A program made the position numbers and the translations under genes. A stretch of 64,000 nt of DNA from a virus. Its lineage: Duplodnaviria; Caudoviricetes. The notes under the pieces were generated by a model, which was given only the letters and a program-made list of their open reading frames with translations, made no database searches and had not been told where the DNA came from. The stretch is taken from IMG/VR virus record IMGVR_UViG_2908764845_000006, positions 32,001-96,000 of that record; one strand, written 5' to 3'. Positions 1 to 9,393 of this stretch are shown here, piece after piece (position 1 is the first letter of the stretch; every line of letters begins with the position of its first letter).

Positions 1-489
1 GATGCGCGCGACAAAACCGGCGGCAGTTCGACCGCTCGATTTTGCCGCGCTCCTGCCTGACAGGCTGGCGGCGCCTGCGACGCCGCCGGCGCCGAACGAT
101 GCCGCCTTGGTCGCGCCACGCAGTTGCGTGGTCCCTGCCGGGGCCGCGTGACCGGATGACACTGCCCGGGTCGCGCCTCGCAGCGGCGTGGAGCCGGCGA
201 AGGTGATGCGGCCGAACGACGACGCCTTCGACAAGGCCCCCATCTGGGTACTTCCGCCAGAGTTGGCCTTGCCGAATGCCCTGCCCGCAGTCGCAACCGC
301 GAGCGAGGCGCGCCCCGAAGGCGCGGCCTTGCCGAACGAGACCGAGATCGACGTCGCTCGAAGCGAGGTGCGGCCCGTGAATGCGCCACGCCCGAAGGTC
401 CTTGCGGTGCCCTTCGCCTGCAGCGCGCGCGGGGTGGACCACCCGCCGAGAGCCTGCCGGCCGATTGCGTCAAAGCCGAGTAGAGACAT
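1..489 (-). CDS. Virion structural/tail-associated protein (runs off the window edge)
   Basis: ATG at 489 (MSLLGFDAIGRQALGG...), Ala/Gly/Thr-rich, co-oriented with the structural module. Confidence 0.55.
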   Translation of the reverse strand, partial: MSLLGFDAIGRQALGGWSTPRALQAKGTARTFGRGAFTGRTSLRATSISVSFGKAAPSGRASLAVATAGRAFGKANSGGSTQMGALSKASSFGRITFAGSTPLRGATRAVSSGHAAPAGTTQLRGATKAASFGAGGVAGAASLSGRSAAKSSGRTAAGFVARI

Positions 490-511
490 GCCTCTGACGC
501 TTCCTCGCCGG

Positions 512-1840
512 CTATAGCTCCGCGGTTAGCAGGAGGTTGACGTTCGGCGATACGAACAGGTTGCCGTTGTCGCCTTGGCTACCGCTGTAGGCGGCAGTGC
601 TGGAGAACCGCAGCAGGCCGCCGCGCGCAGACCCGCCAGAGAGCGATACCGAGATCGTGCCGGCGTTGGTCAGGAACCCGGGAACGTTGTTGTCGAAGAA
701 CGCCACGACATTGCCGGAGGTCGGGTTCGATGCCTGCCACGTCGGCGTCGTTCCGACAAAGCCAAACGGCGGTATCCGCATCGGCAGCGGCAGCCATACC
801 GGGATGTCGATGGTTGTGGATGACGTCTTTGCGCCAAGAGAAGGAAGGACGATCGAGGTTCCCAGCCCCACCTGTCCCTGCAAAACCGGGTACAGGTAGC
901 GATAGGCGAGCATCAACTCGTCGGACGGATCGCGAAAGAAGATCGGTGGCGGGAAGCTCGTCAAGCCAGCAGGAAACGACGGGGTCGGTTGGAGATCGAC
1001 CTCGGTGATGGCGATGGTCTTGGTGTTGGCGTTAAGCGCGCCGAAATCGAACCAGACCTCATAACCGTTCTTGGCATTCGGGGAGACCAAGAAGGTGAGC
1101 GCCACACGGACTACACCGTTGTTCGGGATGCTCTGAAACGAGACCGCGTTGAGATCGTTGGTCGCAGTCGTCCAGTTGTCGACGGCGTTGGGGAACGCGG
1201 CGCCGGCGGTCGGCGTGATCGTGGCGCCGCTGTTGTTGGTGATGAGCGCCTGCAGGGTGCAGCGTCGACCGGCGAGCTTGGCGGCCTTGTTCGACTCGAT
1301 GCGCTGCATGAGCTGCACATCGGTGTTGCTGGTCGCGCCGGTGATCTGCGCGGCCCATTGCGAGTTTCCAGTAGCGAAAACCTGGGCAATCGTGCAGGCG
1401 GCACCGACCGAATCCAGCATCCAGCCGTCCGGACCATACTGGAAGGTTCCGGTCCCGGTGTTGGTGAACGACGTGCCGCGCTGCCAGATGTCGAAGCAGC
1501 CGTTGCGCAGCGCGTTGGTGTCGCCCCTCAGCGTATTGAGGTCTGCCGACAGTGCGCCGATGCCGACGATCGGGGTGGTCGAGAAGCTGATCTTCGCCGT
1601 CGTACCGAGCGAGTTAGCCAGCACAATCTGGCGGCCGAGCGTCGTGCCCGACCACGTTCCGATGCCGATCTCCCACTGGGTGAGATCGGCGCTTTCGGCG
1701 CGGTAGCTGTAGCTCGCGCTGGTGATGGCGCCAGCGGTGCTCGGGGTCTGGTAGCCGGCAAGCGCGCTTCCGACGGTGAAGTCCGCGGTTCCGGCCACGC
1801 CGGAGATGAACCGGCAGACGTCGAGGAAGGAACTTGCCAT
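512..1840 (-). CDS. Tail fibre/receptor-binding-like virion protein
   Basis: 442 aa; NALRNGCFDIWQRGTSF...YGPDGW segment typical of phage fibre carbohydrate-binding-like domains. Confidence 0.6.
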   Translation of the reverse strand: MASSFLDVCRFISGVAGTADFTVGSALAGYQTPSTAGAITSASYSYRAESADLTQWEIGIGTWSGTTLGRQIVLANSLGTTAKISFSTTPIVGIGALSADLNTLRGDTNALRNGCFDIWQRGTSFTNTGTGTFQYGPDGWMLDSVGAACTIAQVFATGNSQWAAQITGATSNTDVQLMQRIESNKAAKLAGRRCTLQALITNNSGATITPTAGAAFPNAVDNWTTATNDLNAVSFQSIPNNGVVRVALTFLVSPNAKNGYEVWFDFGALNANTKTIAITEVDLQPTPSFPAGLTSFPPPIFFRDPSDELMLAYRYLYPVLQGQVGLGTSIVLPSLGAKTSSTTIDIPVWLPLPMRIPPFGFVGTTPTWQASNPTSGNVVAFFDNNVPGFLTNAGTISVSLSGGSARGGLLRFSSTAAYSGSQGDNGNLFVSPNVNLLLTAEL

Positions 1841-1859
1841 CGGGTGAGCCTGTGCGGGC

Positions 1860-2714
1860 TCAGGCCAGGCTGAGCGTCATGCTGGATGCGGAGAACTGCG
1901 CCGTGATGCCGCCCGGCATCGACTGCGATGCGACCTTGCGCACCGAGCCCGAGCCCGACGCCGAGGTGTTGACGCCGGTGACGTTGAAGGTGTCCGCGGT
2001 GACGCCGGCGACCGTCTGCAGGCCGGTGTAGCTGCCGGCCGAGAAGGTCGGCGCGGTGCCGCCGTACTCGGTCGAGAAGATGAAGCTGTCGCCGTTGGCG
2101 TAGCCGTGCGCCTTCGCGGTGATGACGCCGGGAGATGCAGCCGTGACGGTCGCGGGCAGCCAGCTGAACTGGCCCATGTAATCCCAGAACGTCAGGTTGC
2201 CCGCGCTCGATGCGTCGAAGAGGCCCCACGCAATCAGCGTGCCCCAGCCGGTGGACGTCGAGGCCGCAAACGTGACCTGCGCACCGTTCGAGGCCGACAC
2301 CGGCGCAGATCCAGTGGCGTCCGGGAAGGCGCTGTACGTGATGCTGTCGCCGGACGAGATGGCGAAGGCTGCGTTTGCGGTCAGGGTGACCGTGGTGGCG
2401 CCGACCAACTGCACCGTCCCGACGACATTGCCGGTCGTGGCGTCGCGCGCCTGCATTCCGACGGTGACCCAGGAGGGCACCGCCGAATGCGTGATGGTCG
2501 GGCTCGCGGTGGTGGTGGCTGCCGTCGTTGCAACGGAGCCAGCCACCTGCACGCGCGCGTAGCCGTTGCCCGCGACCTCGGTGAAGCCGGTGCCTGCGTC
2601 GGTACCGACCGCCGTGAACAGCGCGAGCCAGACACCGGTCAGGGCCGGCATGGCCTTCGCGCCGGTCAGATAGTTCAGCGCGTTCTTGGCGGAATAGTCG
2701 GTAAAGCCGGTCAT
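1860..2714 (-). CDS. Virion structural protein (tail/fibre-associated)
   Basis: 284 aa, Thr/Ala/Gly-rich; WLALFTA...TEVAGNGYARV and WGTLIAWGLFDASSAGN motifs. Confidence 0.6.
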   Translation of the reverse strand: MTGFTDYSAKNALNYLTGAKAMPALTGVWLALFTAVGTDAGTGFTEVAGNGYARVQVAGSVATTAATTTASPTITHSAVPSWVTVGMQARDATTGNVVGTVQLVGATTVTLTANAAFAISSGDSITYSAFPDATGSAPVSASNGAQVTFAASTSTGWGTLIAWGLFDASSAGNLTFWDYMGQFSWLPATVTAASPGVITAKAHGYANGDSFIFSTEYGGTAPTFSAGSYTGLQTVAGVTADTFNVTGVNTSASGSGSVRKVASQSMPGGITAQFSASSMTLSLA

Positions 2715-2765
2715 GCGATCGGTGTCCCCTACGAGGTGATGCGGGTGCGCGGAGCGATCCGCGCG

Positions 2766-3104
2766 TTACTTGCCGGCGCCGTCGCCAGCGGCGCCAGTCG
2801 CGCCGGTCGCGGCCTTGGCGGGCTTCTTCTTGACCGCGGCCAGCAGCGCAGCGACGAGCTTGTCGGCGCGCATGGCCGGGTTCGCGGCGACGCCGAGCGC
2901 CTCGAGCACCGCGATCATGTCGTCGCGGCCGATCGTGATCTTCTCGGAGGGCGCGGGCGGTGCCTCGCCGGAGACGAAACCGTGCGGGATCAGATGCTCG
3001 ACGACGTGCTCGGCGACCTCGACGGTGCCGTCCTCGGCAACAGTGAACTCGTGACCGGCGTGCGAGAACGAGTTGACGCCTTCCGGCGCAAACAGCTTGG
3101 GCAT
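2766..3104 (-). CDS. Small protein downstream of capsid (head-associated, hypothetical)
   Basis: MPKLFAPEG..., GGAG RBS upstream of ATG 3104. Confidence 0.6.
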   Translation of the reverse strand: MPKLFAPEGVNSFSHAGHEFTVAEDGTVEVAEHVVEHLIPHGFVSGEAPPAPSEKITIGRDDMIAVLEALGVAANPAMRADKLVAALLAAVKKKPAKAATGATGAAGDGAGK

Positions 3105-3187
3105 TGGTAGCTCCAGTGGTGGGGGTGCAAAGGCGAGAGAGGCAGAGGCGCGCGTACGCGCCCCTGCCGACGCTGCGAGAGCGTCAA

Positions 3188-4789
3188 TTAGCCGTTGGCG
3201 ATGTTCGAGATCATCGCGAAGGCGGGCGGGAAGTAGCACTGCAGCACTTCGTCGGCGTAGACGCCCGACTCGTACTTGCGGGTCCGCAGCGGCCACTCGA
3301 TCTGGTAGTAGTCCTGACGGCAGCGGACCTGCAGGACGTTGGCGATACCCGAGACCGGGTACGGCAGCGACTTCGACGTCATCACGATCGTGCCCGCGGG
3401 CATGTTCGGATGGATGCGGATGTCGAGGGTCTTGGCGCCGCCCATGCTGAAACGGTTCAGATAGGTGCGGACCATGATGCCGCCGCCGAGGCTGTCGCGC
3501 TCGGAGTTGAACACGAACCGCTGGGCCGCGTTGGACGAGCCCTGCAGGATCTTCTTGGAGATGTTCAACGCCTCCTGCGAGTTCACCCAGATGGTGTCGG
3601 GCGACAGGCGGAAGTTGTCCCAGCGATCCTTCAGCGCGGCGTCGATCTCGACGATGCCGCCGGAGCCGTCCGAGGTCAGCGGCGTACCGACGCCGGCAGC
3701 GCCGGTGGCGAGACGGCCGACATAGGCATTCGACCCGGCCTTGAGCAGCTGGGTCATGATGCCGTCGAACACGAGGCTGTTGGTCGACTGGTCGCTCGAC
3801 GGCAGCGAGGCTGCGGTCTGCGTGCCGGTCGCGGCCGCCACGATGGCAACCGAGTTGATCGAGGTGATCGCACCGAGCACCTCGGAGCCAGCCGCGCCCC
3901 AGAACCAAGCGTAGCCGCAGGCGCCGTTGACCGCCGCAACGGTCGCCGTCAGCGAGCCGGTGGTGCCGCTCGCGACGGTGCCGGTGGCAGCCACCGACTT
4001 CTGCGCGGAGCCGCCGCCGAACGTGTCGGACGAGCCGTCAGCGTTGGCGCGGGTGATCGAGGCCTGGATACCGCCGGCGATCGAGCCGTTGACCATGGCG
4101 TCGAACGCGAGCGCGACGCAGATCACCGAGTAGGTCGCGGCAGCCAGAACGCCGCCGGTGATCGAGGCCGCGACCGTCGGGGTCGGGGTGATGCCGAGCT
4201 GCAGCGAGGTGTTGCCGCCGAGCAGCAGCGCCTCTTCGCCGATCATGGTGGCCTCGAGGCCGACCTTGGCCGCGATCGCCCGGATGTCGTCGAAGCCGCG
4301 GCCAGCGTACTCGGCCTCGAAGTCGACGTTGGTTTCCAGACCGATGCCGCGGTAAGCCGCCGCGTAGTCCTGCGTGGAGACCGCCTGCACGCCGCCGCGG
4401 TTACCGGCCGAGACGCCGATCCGCATGTTGGCGGTGTTCACGCTGGTCACGGCGCGCCAAGCGGCCTGAATGCCGCCCTTGCCGGTCACGCGCGGAATTT
4501 CGTTCCGCAGCGGAGTGAGAACCGGGTACACGAACTTCGCGCCCAGCTCGAGATCGTAGTAGGTCAGGCCCGTGGTGGGCGAGCCGGCCTGCTGGAACGT
4601 CGCCGACTTGGCGAACATCTCCGGGACGAAGTTGCGCGCCTCGTGCGACTTCGACATCGACGCGAGGAAGGACTGCACTTCGGCGGCGATCGCAGCGCGA
4701 TCGAGGTTGCCGTTGACGGTGTAGATCGGCGCCCACGACTTCTGCAGCTCGTGCGGCAGGAAGTCGGTATACTTGACGAGAGCGTTCAT
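3188..4789 (-). CDS. Major capsid protein
   Basis: 533 aa, directly downstream of protease/scaffold; GLTYYDLE...PVLTPLRNEIPRV and C-terminal YYQIEWP...GVYADEVL; strongly biased codon use. Confidence 0.8.
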   Translation of the reverse strand: MNALVKYTDFLPHELQKSWAPIYTVNGNLDRAAIAAEVQSFLASMSKSHEARNFVPEMFAKSATFQQAGSPTTGLTYYDLELGAKFVYPVLTPLRNEIPRVTGKGGIQAAWRAVTSVNTANMRIGVSAGNRGGVQAVSTQDYAAAYRGIGLETNVDFEAEYAGRGFDDIRAIAAKVGLEATMIGEEALLLGGNTSLQLGITPTPTVAASITGGVLAAATYSVICVALAFDAMVNGSIAGGIQASITRANADGSSDTFGGGSAQKSVAATGTVASGTTGSLTATVAAVNGACGYAWFWGAAGSEVLGAITSINSVAIVAAATGTQTAASLPSSDQSTNSLVFDGIMTQLLKAGSNAYVGRLATGAAGVGTPLTSDGSGGIVEIDAALKDRWDNFRLSPDTIWVNSQEALNISKKILQGSSNAAQRFVFNSERDSLGGGIMVRTYLNRFSMGGAKTLDIRIHPNMPAGTIVMTSKSLPYPVSGIANVLQVRCRQDYYQIEWPLRTRKYESGVYADEVLQCYFPPAFAMISNIANG

Positions 4790-4842
4790 CGCTCAAGACT
4801 CCAAAACTGGTGATTGCGGGGTGTGGTGGGTGCGCCGTGGTG

Positions 4843-4948
4843 CCGTCCCCGGCAGGCGCGAGCAGACGCGCGACGTCGTTCCCGCAGTGACCGTCCCCGG
4901 CCCGGGTTCTCGTCGCGATGAAGGCTGCGGCGCCCTACCCGTCCCCGG
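4843..4948 (-). promoter_or_regulatory. Three GGGA-loop hairpins in the capsid 5' leader
   Basis: CCGTCCCCGG at 4843, 4891 and 4939 (48-nt period); reads CCG-GGGA-CGG on the mRNA strand. Confidence 0.6.
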
Positions 4949-4978
4949 GTGGGCGCCTAGCCGAATTTCAGGAAGTGA

Positions 4979-7942
4979 TCAGACCTGGCCGCGCGTCGGC
5001 ATCTGCCGACGCATGGACGCCTCGGTGGCTCGGGTGTTGAGCTCCTCGGACGTGATCTTCGCCAGATCACTGGTCACCATGTCGATGGCCTTCTCCGCGA
5101 CGCGGTAGGGACCGTTCGGCACGGCGGCCGGATAGAGCGAGACCTCGGCGACACGCTTGGTGAGGTCGCCGTTCTGGGTGGTCAGGGTCGCGATCTCCTC
5201 GCGGAGCGGACCCGTAGCCTTGGCGACCTCGTCGCTGATCTTCAGCGCGATGCCGGCCTCGATGTCCTTGAACAGCTGGGCCTGCGCGGCCGAAGCGGCA
5301 GCGACCTGCGCCTTGAGCAGATCGTTCGCCTCGATCGCCTTGCCGAGATCGTCGCCGGCGGCCTTCTCCGCAGCACCGCAGCAGCCCTTGTCGAGCTTGA
5401 CCATGGTGTCGTGGATTTCCTTGATCGCGGCGCGATCCTTGGCGCTGTGCCGCGCGCCGCGCTTGAGGAGATCGGCCAGCGGAGCTGCGCGCGTCAGCGC
5501 CTCGCTCTGCTCTTCGGCCTTGATGTGGGTCAGCACGGTGTCGAGCACGGCCGCGACGATGTCGCCGAGGTCGACCAGCGCGGCGCCGAAGCGGTCGCGC
5601 AGCTCCTTCGGCACCTCGATGCCCCACTCGCCCTCGGTCATGTTCTCGCACGCCTGAACGCACGCGAGCATGTTGGTGAGGTCGCCCATCATGTAGAGGC
5701 CGGCGCCCTTGGCGAGCTCGTCGCCCTCGATCGCCTCGCCCTTGAACACGAGGCCCTCGGGCAGCTTGTCGACGAGCGACAGCGCGCGGGCGGCCTTGAC
5801 CAGCTCGCGGGTCTCCACGTGGGAGGCGTTCAATGCGTCGAACAGCGTGATCGCCTTCTCGACGCCCTCGGCGGTGGTGAGGTCAGCCTTCTCGACGGTT
5901 GCGGTCTCGCCTTCGGGCTTCGCATCGCCATCAGCGCCCTTGGCGACCTCGGCGGGCTTCTCGCCGGTCTTGAGCGCATCGAGCACCGGAGCTGCCGCCT
6001 TGGCGACCGCGTCCTTGGCTTCGAGCTCGGCGAGCGCCTTCAGCAGGTCGCCCTTCTTGGCGAAGGTCTGGTTCGGCAGGCGCGGCGACGCCCAGACCTG
6101 GGCGACGTCGTCGGGAGTGGTCTTGGTCAAATCGACGCCCTCGGTTGCGGTGTTTTCGATCGTGCCACCGGCTTCGACGGTGGCGGTGGCGCCCTTGGCG
6201 ACCTCGGCAGCGGCCGCCTCAGCGGCGACCGGCTCAGCAGCGGCCTGCTCGACGGGAGCGGCCTTCTTGGCGGCGGCCTCGTCCTCGAGCGCCTTGCGGG
6301 CGTCGGCGATGTGCACCAGCCAGTCACCACCCTTCTCGGTCGCGATCTCGGTGGCGCGCTTGGCGACCATGTCGTTGGTGATGACGATCTCCTCGGTGGT
6401 CTCCGGCTTGGAGGCCTCGCCGCCAGCGAACTTGCGCATCTCCTCGGTGCCGTCCGCCTTGATCATGGAGAACGTGGCGGAGGGCCCGCACGGCAGGTCG
6501 ACCAGCGAAATCTCGGAGGGCGCGGCGGTATAGCGCTTTGCGTCGCCATCCTGCCAGCGCTTGAGGTAGCGGCCGCCGATGGAGAAGCCGGTGTAGACGC
6601 CCTCCTCGACCTTCTTCCACTCGTTGTCGTCGACGACCTTGGCGGCGATGTCGATCGCCTTGCGCGCATCGTCGAAGCCGATGTCGGTCAGCTTGCCGGC
6701 CGCGATCGCCGAGTGCATCGAACGCACGTTGCCGAGGCTCTTGCCGTCGGTCACCTTCGCGATGTCGCCCGACCACTTCTCGAAGTGCGGCTTCGAGGTC
6801 GCGTAGTCGAAGATCTCGTTGGCGCGATCGACTTCCTCGACCACTGCGGTGCCGTAAACGATGCGCTTGGCGGCATCGACCTTCGCGATTTGCACGAAGA
6901 GCGAAAGATTATCCATGTCCAGTTCTCCTGCGTCGCGTTTTTCGACGACGGTTGACATCCAGTTTTCTTTGATCTCGGCCCACTGCTCGGGTCCGAACTC
7001 AAGCACGCCGTCGAACGGCGCCATCTCGTCGATGACGATGTCCGCTCCCTGATAGGTGAGCGTGACGTGCGATTTGAAGTCAGGCCACCGCCAGACGGCG
7101 CCTGCGTCGTGGATCTCGCGATGACGCGAGGCGAGCTCGTCGGAGTGGAAGCGAAGCACGAGGGCTTCACCTTCCTTGCCGAGGCGCTCGAGGTGACGCT
7201 CACCGCCTTCGACCCGGAAGATCGGCACGGTGGAGCGCGGCACGCCGGACCATTCGACCGGCTCTTTCGAGTAGGCGATGGTGACGTGGAAATCGTCGAT
7301 GGGCAGCGTGACCGGGAAGCCGTTGGCTGCGGCCCAGCTCTTGAGTGCCTCGCCGTTGCGAAGGCTGCGCTTGATGTAGAGCGTGCGCTTGTCGCCCTTG
7401 GCGAAGCGCATCGGGCCGCCCTCGACGACGGAAATGACGAGCGGCAGCGAAGCGCGGACGCCGGGATGCAGCGGCTCGGGCGGCGCGCGCAGATATTCCC
7501 AGCGCGCCTCGGTGTGCTCGTCGTTCAGCTTGACGGCGAGCTTCTCCTCGACGCGCTGAACGAAGGTGGTGAAGTCGACCCGGCCGGTTGCGATCTGGCA
7601 GACCTGGCCGCGGATGCCTGCAGGGTCGAGCGTGATGCCGGCCTCTTCGAGCGTCTCGCGGATTGCTGCCTCTTCGGCCGTCTCGCCCGCGTCGATGCCC
7701 CCGCCCGGGAAATTCCACTCGCCGCCGTGGTCCCCACCCGGGGCCCGCTTCATGAACAGCGCGCGTCCATCCGGGGTCACGATGGCGATGCCGGCCGCCT
7801 GATGGCGGCCCGCGTCCGGATCGACGGCCGCCTTGGTGGCGTCCTTCTTCTTTTTCTTCTTCTGGCCCTCGAGGTCGTAGCCCTGAAGGCCGGACGTTGC
7901 CGACGCCGGCGCGGCGAAGGTCGATTTCTCCGCCGCGGTCAT
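4979..7942 (-). CDS. Fusion: NUDIX hydrolase + 2H phosphoesterase (Acb1-like) + prohead protease (XkdF/HK97-like) + scaffold
   Basis: Nudix box GGIDAGETAEEAAIRETLEEAGI; two HxT motifs (FHVTIAYS, SHVTLTY); protease segment RIVYG...RSMH...YTGFSIGG...EISLVD; Ala/Glu/Lys-rich tail; start at ATG 7942 with GGAG RBS. Confidence 0.8.
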   Translation of the reverse strand: MTAAEKSTFAAPASATSGLQGYDLEGQKKKKKKDATKAAVDPDAGRHQAAGIAIVTPDGRALFMKRAPGGDHGGEWNFPGGGIDAGETAEEAAIRETLEEAGITLDPAGIRGQVCQIATGRVDFTTFVQRVEEKLAVKLNDEHTEARWEYLRAPPEPLHPGVRASLPLVISVVEGGPMRFAKGDKRTLYIKRSLRNGEALKSWAAANGFPVTLPIDDFHVTIAYSKEPVEWSGVPRSTVPIFRVEGGERHLERLGKEGEALVLRFHSDELASRHREIHDAGAVWRWPDFKSHVTLTYQGADIVIDEMAPFDGVLEFGPEQWAEIKENWMSTVVEKRDAGELDMDNLSLFVQIAKVDAAKRIVYGTAVVEEVDRANEIFDYATSKPHFEKWSGDIAKVTDGKSLGNVRSMHSAIAAGKLTDIGFDDARKAIDIAAKVVDDNEWKKVEEGVYTGFSIGGRYLKRWQDGDAKRYTAAPSEISLVDLPCGPSATFSMIKADGTEEMRKFAGGEASKPETTEEIVITNDMVAKRATEIATEKGGDWLVHIADARKALEDEAAAKKAAPVEQAAAEPVAAEAAAAEVAKGATATVEAGGTIENTATEGVDLTKTTPDDVAQVWASPRLPNQTFAKKGDLLKALAELEAKDAVAKAAAPVLDALKTGEKPAEVAKGADGDAKPEGETATVEKADLTTAEGVEKAITLFDALNASHVETRELVKAARALSLVDKLPEGLVFKGEAIEGDELAKGAGLYMMGDLTNMLACVQACENMTEGEWGIEVPKELRDRFGAALVDLGDIVAAVLDTVLTHIKAEEQSEALTRAAPLADLLKRGARHSAKDRAAIKEIHDTMVKLDKGCCGAAEKAAGDDLGKAIEANDLLKAQVAAASAAQAQLFKDIEAGIALKISDEVAKATGPLREEIATLTTQNGDLTKRVAEVSLYPAAVPNGPYRVAEKAIDMVTSDLAKITSEELNTRATEASMRRQMPTRGQV

Positions 7943-7964
7943 GGCGTCTCCGGGAGCTGGGGGA

Positions 7965-9173
7965 TCAGGTGAGCGTGTTGGCCCACGCCGTGATGGTCGG
8001 CGCGATGTTTGCGTTGCCAAGCGCGTTCGGGTGGATGCCGTCGGCGGTGAGAACGCCGCCCGAGACCTTCCACTTGCCGGGGTTGGCCGGATCTTCGACC
8101 ACCGCGGCGACGTCGATGACGCCGTCGATGGTCACGCCGACCTGCGTCAGCAGCCATGCGTTGAACAGGCCGCGGATGCCGGTGCTTTCGTAGTTGGCAA
8201 CGACGGTCTGGCCGCCCGTCGTGGTGAAGCCGTCCGACGAGGTGCAGCGCGGCAGCAGCGTGCACTGGTAGACCTTGAGGCCCCGCGCCTTCGCCGACTT
8301 CCAGTTCGCGAGGGCCAACGTCTGCATGCTGGCGAGCGAGACGCCGCCGGCAGGATCGTTGTTGCCCATGTCGGTGACGTAGTGGGTGGCGTACTCCATC
8401 AGGCTGTCGCGCCGCCAGCCGTGCCCGATTGCACCCTCGCCCTGCAGGCTGTCGCCCGCGCGCGCCAAGTTCATATACGGGATGGCGCCGCCCGAGGCGC
8501 CGACCAACCCGCGCTCGAGGAAGCCGTTTGCGCCGACGTTGTTGTTCACGTCAGCCACGCCGACCGCGATGCTGTCACCGCGGATCACGACGGCGGGCGT
8601 CGGGGTCAGCGGATAGCCGAGCACTGCGAGCGGACCATAGCCCTTTGAGACCAGCACGCCGCCGTTCGCCACCATAGCGCCGGTGAAGCCGAGAACCTGG
8701 CTGCTGCCGGAGGTGTTCTCGACGAAGGTGTCGGCGGTGGTCAGCGTCAGCACGCCGTACTGCACGAACTGACCGGCGGAGGCGACCGTGACGCCGGTAC
8801 GGATGGCAAAATCGGTGCTCGGCGCCAGATCGGCGCCGATCTTGTCGGAGATGAAGTAGTGGGCGCCGGCGGCGAGCAGCCGGTTGACCTGCGCGCCGAA
8901 GAACGCCCGGCGGGTGAACACGCCGGTCAGCGACTCGAGCGCCGCCTCCACCGTGATGTCGTTCGGCGCGTCGGCGTCCGAGCTGGTCGCGTTGGCGAGG
9001 AAGTTGCCGTACAGGAGGCGGATGTCGCGCACATAGACCGGCGCCGAGCGCATCTTGATGCGGCTCTCGAACCGGGTCGCGGTGCCGCCGCCCTGCGTGT
9101 AGTCGCCCATGACGCGGCCGCGCGTGGCGACGACCTGCAGCTTGCGCGGGGAGATGCGTTGGAAGTCGGTCAT
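7965..9173 (-). CDS. SGNH/GDSL hydrolase-domain protein
   Basis: GDSIAVG, NLARAG, GNND and DGIHPN blocks all present. Confidence 0.75.
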   Translation of the reverse strand: MTDFQRISPRKLQVVATRGRVMGDYTQGGGTATRFESRIKMRSAPVYVRDIRLLYGNFLANATSSDADAPNDITVEAALESLTGVFTRRAFFGAQVNRLLAAGAHYFISDKIGADLAPSTDFAIRTGVTVASAGQFVQYGVLTLTTADTFVENTSGSSQVLGFTGAMVANGGVLVSKGYGPLAVLGYPLTPTPAVVIRGDSIAVGVADVNNNVGANGFLERGLVGASGGAIPYMNLARAGDSLQGEGAIGHGWRRDSLMEYATHYVTDMGNNDPAGGVSLASMQTLALANWKSAKARGLKVYQCTLLPRCTSSDGFTTTGGQTVVANYESTGIRGLFNAWLLTQVGVTIDGVIDVAAVVEDPANPGKWKVSGGVLTADGIHPNALGNANIAPTITAWANTLT

Positions 9174-9177
9174 CGGT

Positions 9178-9393
9178 TCACATCCTTACGAGCGTGACGA
9201 CGGGCTCGGCTGCGGAGCGCGAGGTCGCAGCGGTCACGCGCTGCCCGTTGAAGGTGACGAAATCCCAGCGAGTGCCGGCCGGTGCGGCCACGCCACCGGC
9301 GTAGGAGGCGGCGACCGGCGCCGACGAGGCGGTGCGGTCGAGTGTCGCCCGGCGCGCGATCGACGCGCGGCGAGCCAGCTGCAGCCGGCTCAC
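9178..9393 (-). CDS. Hypothetical protein
   Basis: GTGA overlap with the upstream stop; operon packing. Confidence 0.45.
   Translation of the reverse strand: MSRLQLARRASIARRATLDRTASSAPVAASYAGGVAAPAGTRWDFVTFNGQRVTAATSRSAAEPVVTLVRM

Noticed and set aside
3168-3187. Hairpin after the capsid stop with a CTCGCAG-like loop
   Set aside because: Loop and register differ from the TTCGCAG element; probably an ordinary stabilising or terminating hairpin
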